DNA of 64,000 nucleotides from an uncultured Pseudobdellovibrionaceae bacterium. Lineage in GTDB: Bacteria; Bdellovibrionota; FAC87; UBA2466. Below the pieces are notes generated by a model that saw only the letters and a list, made by a program, of their open reading frames with translations, did not search any database and had not been told where the DNA came from. Below, one piece after another: positions 46,581 to 53,790 of the stretch (within the stretch, counting starts at the first letter, position 1; each line of letters begins with the position of its first letter). The position numbers and the translations under genes are program-made. The stretch spans positions 5,885 to 69,884 of the forward strand of contig CAZZHG010000010.1 in the NCBI GenBank assembly GCA_964653655.1. The letters are read 5' to 3'.

Positions 46581-47645
46581 ATGAGCGCTTACGATTCCTT
46601 GCGCATTACCGATTTCGATCACTTGGAGTTCGCGGTAGCGGACCTCGACAAGGCCTCCTTGCTTTATCAAAAGCTCGGATTCCAGAAGATCGGAAGCCGG
46701 GAGCTGCTCGAGCGCCAGCTGAAGTCCAATCTCTTCGCCCAAGGCAACATTCGAATCGTGCTGAGCCAGTGCGCGGACAGCCGGGATCCCGTGGGCCAGT
46801 TCGTGAAGACGCACGGGGACGGCGTAATCAGCGTCGCCTACTCCTGCGAGGACGCCGTCTCGGCTCTCGAGCTCGCGGCAAGCCGCGGAGCCGAAGTGGT
46901 CTCCCCGCCCAAGTCTTTCCAGCGCGACTTCGGCGAAGTGCAGAGCGCCTCGATCAAAGCCTTCGGCGACGTCCGCCACACCTTCGTTTCACGAAAGGGA
47001 GATCTCTTCGGCGAAGGTTTCGAGAGCCCCTGCGGCAAGGGCATCGCTGGCTTCGGCTTCACCCGCATCGACCACATCACGAACAACGTCGAAAAGGGAA
47101 ACCTCGACCAATGGGTTGAGTATTACGAAAAGATTTTCGGCCTGAAAAACGTCCGTTTCTTCGACATCCACACTCAGCGCACCGGCCTCTACTCCAAGGT
47201 GATGCAGAGCCCAGACGGTATAATCAAGTTGCCCCTGAACGAGCCGACGGAAAGCGAATCGCAGATTCAGGAGTTCCTCGACATCAACCACGGCCCCGGG
47301 GTCCAGCACGTGGCGCTCGCGAGCGGCGGCATCGCCGCCACCTTAAAGAGCTTGCGCAAGGAAGGCCTGAAGTTTCTCGAAGTGCCTCCTACCTACTACG
47401 AGGCGATTCCGAAGCGTGTACCCAACGTCACCGAAGATCTCGCCGAGCTGCAGGAGCTTGGAATCCTCGTGGACGGCGACTCTAAAGGTTATCTTCTCCA
47501 GATCTTCTCGGAAAATGTCGTGGGCCCCTTCTTCTATGAAGTGATCCAGCGCAAAGGCAACGACGGGTTCGGCGAAGGCAACTTCACCGCCCTCTTCGAA
47601 GCCATCGAGCGCGATCAGATTAAACGCGGCGTCCTCAAAGCCTAG
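46581..47645 (+). CDS. hppD: 4-hydroxyphenylpyruvate dioxygenase
   Basis: ORF 46518..47645 trimmed to ATG at 46581 (MSAYDSLRITDFDHLEF...). Two VOC/glyoxalase-fold halves. FFEVIQRKG and GFGEGNFTALFE are characteristic HPPD C-terminal motifs. Confidence 0.8.
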   Translation: MSAYDSLRITDFDHLEFAVADLDKASLLYQKLGFQKIGSRELLERQLKSNLFAQGNIRIVLSQCADSRDPVGQFVKTHGDGVISVAYSCEDAVSALELAASRGAEVVSPPKSFQRDFGEVQSASIKAFGDVRHTFVSRKGDLFGEGFESPCGKGIAGFGFTRIDHITNNVEKGNLDQWVEYYEKIFGLKNVRFFDIHTQRTGLYSKVMQSPDGIIKLPLNEPTESESQIQEFLDINHGPGVQHVALASGGIAATLKSLRKEGLKFLEVPPTYYEAIPKRVPNVTEDLAELQELGILVDGDSKGYLLQIFSENVVGPFFYEVIQRKGNDGFGEGNFTALFEAIERDQIKRGVLKA

Positions 47646-48067
47646 TCATACTCTTTCACTGAAACCTGCAACGTCAGGCGCAGAGGGATTTCCTCGCCCG
47701 CTTCCCATTGGGCGGCGGTCAATTTCGCCTTTCCGGTCGCGATCGCAAACGGCCGCGGCACTCCTTCCGCGTTCCGATCCCAAACCTTCGCGTCGATCTC
47801 CATTTCACCTCCCGGCGGCGGCCGCCACTCGGGAAGCGACAGCTCGTTCCACGAAAGCGGCCCGGCCACGAGCCGCCGGGCCGCTCCCGTTCCCTCGCCC
47901 ACGTTAATTTCCAGCTGAATCACCCGCCCCAGAAACCGCTCCCACCGGGCGGACGGAGACTTCAGCCCTTGGGGGAAGCGCAGCCGAACCCGCGGTCCGG
48001 ACTCGGTGGGAGGGGTAGCTTGTTGGCAGCCGGCTATCAGCAAAGAAAGAAAAAGAAGACGAGACAT
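47642..48067 (-). CDS. Hypothetical lipoprotein
   Basis: 141 aa, signal plus lipobox LIAGC. 4-nt convergent overlap with hppD. Confidence 0.5.
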   Translation of the reverse strand: MSRLLFLSLLIAGCQQATPPTESGPRVRLRFPQGLKSPSARWERFLGRVIQLEINVGEGTGAARRLVAGPLSWNELSLPEWRPPPGGEMEIDAKVWDRNAEGVPRPFAIATGKAKLTAAQWEAGEEIPLRLTLQVSVKEYD

Positions 48068-48098
48068 GACCTGCCGCTATCGCAAGAGCGGGGCCAGC

Positions 48099-48725
48099 TC
48101 ACCAGGCTGGTTCGAGGATGGGTTCGAGGGCGAACTCGGTCTGAAGAGTCTCGGGTCCGGACTCGATGGGCGTCACCTTCAGTAGCTTGGGTTTCGGCTC
48201 CGGAAAGTGGTGCGCGCGGATTTCACCGTAACGAAGCCTTAGATGGTAAGGGCCGCCCCTAAGAAACTCGTAGGTCTCGGGATTGTGATCGCCCCCGAGA
48301 TAGATGTCGGTCAGGTCCCGCACGTTGCGATCGAACTCTTTCGGATCCCCGTGCAACTTGGAGCGTCCCTTAAACCGCCTGAGGTCTCCATTGAAGGTCG
48401 GATGTATATGGTAGAGCTCGTGAACGACGGTCTCAATTTTCTCGCGCAACGAAAGGCCCAGAAACCGCGGCAGCATGAAGTACATGTAATAAAGGATCTC
48501 GTGGCCTTCGTGCTTCTGGGGCACCATCGCCCAATGGTAGAGTCGGCCCCGGTGTTTACGCAGCTCCACCGGTACCCCGTCCCGGTATCTCAACGGAACG
48601 ACGTAAGCGAGCACCCCTCCCCGGTTACGGGAACGGTTGAAGGATGCACTAACCCGTATACGCTTGGCGTCGAACTGTTTAAAGTCCGGCACGGACGACG
48701 CAACTTCGGCAATCAGTTGGGTCAT
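48099..48725 (-). CDS. HExxH-motif protein (putative zinc-dependent hydrolase, SprT/YgjP-like)
   Basis: 208 aa with VVHELYHIHP (HExxH) about 100 aa from the N-terminus. No signal peptide. Family placement uncertain. Confidence 0.45.
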   Translation of the reverse strand: MTQLIAEVASSVPDFKQFDAKRIRVSASFNRSRNRGGVLAYVVPLRYRDGVPVELRKHRGRLYHWAMVPQKHEGHEILYYMYFMLPRFLGLSLREKIETVVHELYHIHPTFNGDLRRFKGRSKLHGDPKEFDRNVRDLTDIYLGGDHNPETYEFLRGGPYHLRLRYGEIRAHHFPEPKPKLLKVTPIESGPETLQTEFALEPILEPAW

Positions 48726-48947
48726 CCGGTTATTGAAATCGAGGCCTTCGATGGGTCTTTCCTCCCCCTACCTTCTTCTAAAATGCCACGGGTTTTGTCC
48801 TTTACCAACGATGTTAACCTCCGAAAATGGTTTGCCAAAGCCCCCAAGAATGCCATTGACACGGCTTGTGCCACATAGGAAAAGAGGGGGTCCTTAAAAG
48901 TGCCTTTTTTCCTTATCGCTAATAAGTTTTGTCGGAGATTTAGCTAA

Positions 48948-50852
48948 ATGTCTTTTGAAAATCAGGGAGTTGGAGAACAAGTGGTGACATCAGCCAAGAA
49001 CCGAAACGCAGCCAAAGATGCCCCCCGCAAGGGTCTCATCTCCCCCAAGACTCGGTTCGCCGTAGCCGATCTCCCCGAGCTTCCTGAGAAGGATGACAAT
49101 CTGGAATCCCAGACCGGCGCGATCAAAGAGAACGGAATGACGTTCTCCCAGCTGCTGGAAACCAGCTCCAAAGGCGCGAAGTTCACCGAAGGCGAAGTGG
49201 TCGAAGGCCACGTCGTCTCCGTCGACTCCGACTACATCACCATCGACATCGGTTATAAGTCCGAAGGTCAGGTGTATGCCTCCGAGTTTTACGACAACAC
49301 CGGCAAGCTCACCATCGAAGCGGGCGATGCCGTTCTCGTTTACATCGAAAAGATTGAAGACGACGAAGGCCGGCTCATTCTCTCTAAGGAGAAAGCCGAC
49401 GTTCTGCGCGCCTGGGACGAAATCAGCGAAGCCTGTGAAAAGGACGAGCTGGTCGAAGGTACCGTCGTCGCGAAGGTCAAGGGCGGTCTCTCGGTCGACA
49501 TCGGCGTAAAGGCCTTCCTCCCCGGTTCCCAGGTCGATCTCCGGCCCACGAAGAACCTCGACCAATTCATCGGCAAGACTTTCAAGTTCAAGATCATCAA
49601 GTTCAACAAGAAGCGGGGCAACATCGTGCTCTCCCGCCGTCTCCTCCTTATGGAAGAGAGAGCCCGCCTCAAGGAACAGACCCTCTCCAAGATCGAAGAG
49701 GGAATGGTCACCAAAGGTATCATCAAGAACCTCACGGAGTACGGCGCGTTCATCGACCTCGGCGGTCTCGACGGCCTTCTCCACATCACCGACATGTCCT
49801 GGGGACGCATCAAGCATCCTTCGGAAATTTTCCACGTCGGCGATCAGATCGAGGTCAAGATTCTCAAGTACGACGAGGAAAAAGAGCGCGTCTCCCTCGG
49901 CTACAAGCAGCTTCAGAACGATCCGTGGAACACCGTCGAAGAGCGGTACACGGTCGGCCAGCGCGTGAAGGGCAAAGTCGTGAGCCTCACGGATTACGGC
50001 GCCTTCATCGAGCTCGAGCCGGGCATCGAAGGCCTCGTGCACGTTTCCGAAATGTCCTGGACCCAGCGGGTTAAGCACCCGTCGAAGCTCGTGAACGAGA
50101 AGGACGTCGTCGAAGCCGTCGTGCTCGACGTCGATACGGCGAACCGCCGCATCTCTCTCGGCATGAAGCAGATCGAGCCGAATCCTTGGGATCTCCTCGC
50201 CGAGAAGTATCCGGTCGGCACCAAGATCAAGGGCGTGGTCAAGAACACCACCGACTTCGGTATCTTCGTGGGAGTGCCGGAAGGCATCGACGGCCTCGTT
50301 CACATCAGCGACATGAGCTGGGAGAACAAGAACATCGATCCGAACACCGCTTTCAAGAAGGGCGACGAGCTCGAATGCGTCGTCCTCTCCATCGACAAGG
50401 AAAACGAGAAGTTCAGCTTGGGCATCAAGCAGCTCTCCGACGATCCTTGGAGAGCGGTCGCGGATCGCTTCCCCGCCGGCAAAACGGTCAAAGGCAAGGT
50501 CACCAAAGTCGCCGACTTCGGTCTCTTCCTCGAGATCGAGCCGGGCGTCGAAGGCCTCCTGCACGTGTCCGAGCTCGGCGGCGAAGGCAAGCCGAAGGAC
50601 AAGCTGAAGGAAGTCGCGGAAGGCACCGAGATCGAGTGCCTCATCGTCTCCGTCGACATGAAAGAGCGCAAACTCGCTCTCTCCGTCAAAGCGCTTCACC
50701 GCGCCGAGGAACGGGAGAACATCAAGCAGTACGCGAAGAAGTCGGCCTCCAGCTCCAAGGCGAGCCTGGGCGATCTCTTCGACGCTGCGATGGCCGAGAA
50801 GCTCAAAGCCGCGGTCGCCGATAAGGGCGAAGATTCCGACGACAAAGAATAA
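48948..50852 (+). CDS. rpsA: 30S ribosomal protein S1
   Basis: 634-aa ORF with six S1 domains (repeated GxV.G.V....GAFI/V.L..G..GL.H.S). An in-frame ATG at 49137 (MTFSQLLETS...) would give a canonical 571-aa S1; the first 63 codons may be an N-terminal extension or upstream read-through. Confidence 0.9.
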   Translation: MSFENQGVGEQVVTSAKNRNAAKDAPRKGLISPKTRFAVADLPELPEKDDNLESQTGAIKENGMTFSQLLETSSKGAKFTEGEVVEGHVVSVDSDYITIDIGYKSEGQVYASEFYDNTGKLTIEAGDAVLVYIEKIEDDEGRLILSKEKADVLRAWDEISEACEKDELVEGTVVAKVKGGLSVDIGVKAFLPGSQVDLRPTKNLDQFIGKTFKFKIIKFNKKRGNIVLSRRLLLMEERARLKEQTLSKIEEGMVTKGIIKNLTEYGAFIDLGGLDGLLHITDMSWGRIKHPSEIFHVGDQIEVKILKYDEEKERVSLGYKQLQNDPWNTVEERYTVGQRVKGKVVSLTDYGAFIELEPGIEGLVHVSEMSWTQRVKHPSKLVNEKDVVEAVVLDVDTANRRISLGMKQIEPNPWDLLAEKYPVGTKIKGVVKNTTDFGIFVGVPEGIDGLVHISDMSWENKNIDPNTAFKKGDELECVVLSIDKENEKFSLGIKQLSDDPWRAVADRFPAGKTVKGKVTKVADFGLFLEIEPGVEGLLHVSELGGEGKPKDKLKEVAEGTEIECLIVSVDMKERKLALSVKALHRAEERENIKQYAKKSASSSKASLGDLFDAAMAEKLKAAVADKGEDSDDKE

Positions 50853-50860
50853 GAGACTCC

Positions 50861-51778
50861 ATGAAAGGCCTACTGAAGTTCCTCGGTGGCTGCATTCTGG
50901 TCTTTCTGATCCTGGTGACCCTCACCGGGACGGTCTCCTTTATCCGTAAAACCTGGTTCGGCGGCGGTGGCCACTCGGCGCCCATCCGCGTGCTCGAGAT
51001 CTCGGGCATGCTGACCCAGTCGAAGGGCAAGCTCAAAGAGCTCGAAAAGATCCTCGAGAACTCCAGCACGAAGGCCATCGTCATCCGCGTGAACTCTCCC
51101 GGCGGGCTGGTCGCCCCTTCGCAGGAGCTCTACAACGGAATCAAACGCGCGGACGCGAAAGTTCCGGTCATCGTTTCTATGGGCCCTCTCGCCGCGAGCG
51201 GCGGCTACTACCTCGCGCTCGGCGGCCGCACCATAGTCGCCAATCCCGGCACACTCACGGCCAGCATCGGCGTCATCATCGAATTCGTGAACACCCAGCG
51301 CCTGTTCGAATGGGCGAAGGTCGAGCGTTTCGCCATCACCGGCGGAAAATTCAAGGCCATCGGCACTCCGTTCCGCCCGATGACGAACGAAGAGCGCCAG
51401 CTTCTGACCGGAATGGTGAACGACATCCACCTGCAGTTCAAAGCCGCCGTCCAAGAAAGGCGCAAGCTTTCGGACGCGGAGATGGTAGACACGACCGACG
51501 GCCGCGTGATGACCGGCTCCCAGGCCGTGAAGGCGAAACTCGTCGATCAGCTAGGAGATCTTCACGACGCCGTGGAGTTGGCGAAAGCCGCCGCGAAGCT
51601 ACCGGCGGACGCCGCCGTGGACTACAACGAAGGTACTCAGGGTATCTTGATGAAGCTTCTCTTCGGGGATGACGAAGAAGAAGCGCAAGGCGTCTTACAG
51701 TCTTTCAGAAACTTCGGTACGGGAGCGGCTTCACTCGTCCCCGGGTGGCACGTCCTGCTTCTTAGCCCGGTCCGCTGA
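50861..51778 (+). CDS. sppA: Signal peptide peptidase SppA (36K type)
   Basis: 305 aa with N-terminal TM, ClpP/crotonase-fold S49 motifs (VIRVNSPGG, GPLAASGGYY, catalytic Lys region). Starts 9 nt after rpsA. Confidence 0.85.
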   Translation: MKGLLKFLGGCILVFLILVTLTGTVSFIRKTWFGGGGHSAPIRVLEISGMLTQSKGKLKELEKILENSSTKAIVIRVNSPGGLVAPSQELYNGIKRADAKVPVIVSMGPLAASGGYYLALGGRTIVANPGTLTASIGVIIEFVNTQRLFEWAKVERFAITGGKFKAIGTPFRPMTNEERQLLTGMVNDIHLQFKAAVQERRKLSDAEMVDTTDGRVMTGSQAVKAKLVDQLGDLHDAVELAKAAAKLPADAAVDYNEGTQGILMKLLFGDDEEEAQGVLQSFRNFGTGAASLVPGWHVLLLSPVR

Positions 51779-52669
51779 AGGCGAGACCGCAATCTCAAAC
51801 GCAGTCTCAGGCAAATCCAGCTTATAAACCCGGATCGCATTGCCATGAAGAACCGCGGGCCAATGCTCTTTCGCGAACACGGCGCGGACGGCGCCGACTC
51901 CGGGATTGATCACGGCGAGCGGATAGTTCGAGCCGAAGAGAATTTTCTTCGGATACGGAGCGAAGGGGCGCAAGATTTCCTGGAGCCGCTGGGTGGTCTC
52001 GGCGGAGCTCTTGTAGCCGGCCTCCGGATGAACCACGACGGAGGTATCGGCGTAAACATTCGGGTAATTGGCCACGAGCCACAGACCGTCCTTCGGGCTC
52101 GGCGAGCCGAGAGCAGCCAGAACGAAATTCACGTTCGAGTTGCGACTGACGAGCGTTTCCCAGTCGAGAGTCTTCGCGCCACGTCCCTCGAGAAGCACGG
52201 GAACCCGGTGCTTCGCCGCAAGAGCCACCGACGCTTGCCGCTGAGCCGGAGAAGTCGCGTGCGAGATGAGAACACAGCGGTAAATGCCTTTTTCCAAGCC
52301 TTGGGTGAGATGCTTTTGCGCGGCGGGAGTCAAAACGGGCCCGCCGCAGACAGCGAGCTTCACCATGAACTTCTTGTCGATTCGCGGAAAGAATCTCGTC
52401 TGGCCCGGAAGGGCGACGGCGCCGAGAACGTTCGCTCCGCGGAACGCGACTTCCATTCCCCAGCTGGGTTGAACGCCGGCGTCGTCTTGAGCGTTCTCGA
52501 ACTCGGTGTGAGCGTCGACGACCGGAAGCATCGGCTCGACTTCGGCGATCTCACGGGAGCCGTTCTTGGTCATGACTTCACCAAGCCCTCCCATGCCACG
52601 CAATCCGAGCGAGGATTTGTAACATCCTCCCAGGAACAAGCAGGCAAATATGAAGATCGTGAAACGCAA
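51731..52669 (-). CDS. Lipoprotein with amidohydrolase-2 (TIM-barrel metal-dependent hydrolase, PF04909-like) domain
   Basis: 312 aa, lipobox LFLGGC. VVDAHTEF near the N-terminus and LFGSNYP near the C-terminus resemble the Amidohydro_2 family signature. 48-nt convergent overlap with the sppA 3' end. Confidence 0.5.
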   Translation of the reverse strand: MRFTIFIFACLFLGGCYKSSLGLRGMGGLGEVMTKNGSREIAEVEPMLPVVDAHTEFENAQDDAGVQPSWGMEVAFRGANVLGAVALPGQTRFFPRIDKKFMVKLAVCGGPVLTPAAQKHLTQGLEKGIYRCVLISHATSPAQRQASVALAAKHRVPVLLEGRGAKTLDWETLVSRNSNVNFVLAALGSPSPKDGLWLVANYPNVYADTSVVVHPEAGYKSSAETTQRLQEILRPFAPYPKKILFGSNYPLAVINPGVGAVRAVFAKEHWPAVLHGNAIRVYKLDLPETAFEIAVSPSADRAKKQDVPPGDE

Positions 52670-52730
52670 CTGGCCTCCGAAGAGCGGCGGGATGCCCCCG
52701 TCTTCTTATCGACCCCCTAACTACAGGACA

Positions 52731-53669
52731 TTAGTCAGGTAAAGTCTCGGAGGAGGACTCGGGTTCCGGCTCGTCAACACTGGGCGGCACTGGAGGGGCC
52801 GCGGCGTCGTCTGGCAGGTCCACGGCGCCTTCATCGGCATCGCCGAAAGGCTCCGCGGCATTGGGATCTCCACTGTCCTCGCTACCCCAAAGAGATTCGC
52901 TAAGCCCCTGATTCCTCGCGGATTCGTCGATATAGCCCAGTTTGAACATGGTCTCGACGATTTGGTTCACCCGCTTCTTGGCCCAGGGAGTTAACGCCTT
53001 GGTCCGAAAGTACGCGTGGTACTTGCGAGGCGAAGGAAGAAGCATCGCAATGAACGCACCTTCCCGAACGGACAAACGCGACGGAACAACGCCGAAGTAA
53101 TAAGTTGAGGCTTGGCCGATGCCGTAAATCCCGGGCCCAAGCTCCACCATGTTCATGTAGAAGCAAAGAATCTCGGACTTGGTGAATTCCTTTTCGAGCT
53201 CCGAAGCCCACACGAACTCACGCAGTTTCCGCCAAAGAGATTTCTCGCTCGAGAGAAAAGCGTTCTTGATCACCTGCTGAGTGATGGTGCTGGCGCCGCG
53301 GGCCCAGCGCTTTTCGCGAAAGTCCTTTTTGATCGCTTCTTGTAACTCGTGAAGATCGACTCCCTTGTGGGAGTAGAAAGTCGTATCTTCCGACGAGATG
53401 ACGGCCATGATCACGTAGTCTGAGATCAGTTCGATCGGAACCCACCCTTGAGCTTTGGGCCCAACTCTTCTCGTCGACTCTGTCCCGTTGGCCAGTTTTA
53501 TCGGCATTTCAACGGAGGAGCGCATTTGAGCGAAGTTCGGCAGTTTGAATTTGAGGTAAAGGACGAGACTGCCAAGAAAGGCGATGGCGAGTACGATTCC
53601 GACTATCGCCACCACGAGGGTAGTTCGCTTTTTCGGGCCTTCGAGTGCGTTATCCATAGCTGTGCCCAC
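52731..53669 (-). CDS. mtgA: Monofunctional biosynthetic peptidoglycan transglycosylase (GT51)
   Basis: 312 aa with N-terminal TM and the GT51 motifs ISSEDTTFYSHKGVD and RGASTITQQ. Acidic/Pro-rich C-terminal tail. Confidence 0.8.
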   Translation of the reverse strand: MGTAMDNALEGPKKRTTLVVAIVGIVLAIAFLGSLVLYLKFKLPNFAQMRSSVEMPIKLANGTESTRRVGPKAQGWVPIELISDYVIMAVISSEDTTFYSHKGVDLHELQEAIKKDFREKRWARGASTITQQVIKNAFLSSEKSLWRKLREFVWASELEKEFTKSEILCFYMNMVELGPGIYGIGQASTYYFGVVPSRLSVREGAFIAMLLPSPRKYHAYFRTKALTPWAKKRVNQIVETMFKLGYIDESARNQGLSESLWGSEDSGDPNAAEPFGDADEGAVDLPDDAAAPPVPPSVDEPEPESSSETLPD

Positions 53670-53790
53670 GTAGCAATCCCCGAATTTTTCGCCGTCCGAC
53701 TAGACATCCACGCCCGTCGAAGTTTTGGGACTGGTTGCCACCAGAGTAGCGGCTTTTCAACTGCCCCGCTAGTCGCTACATTGAACCCCG

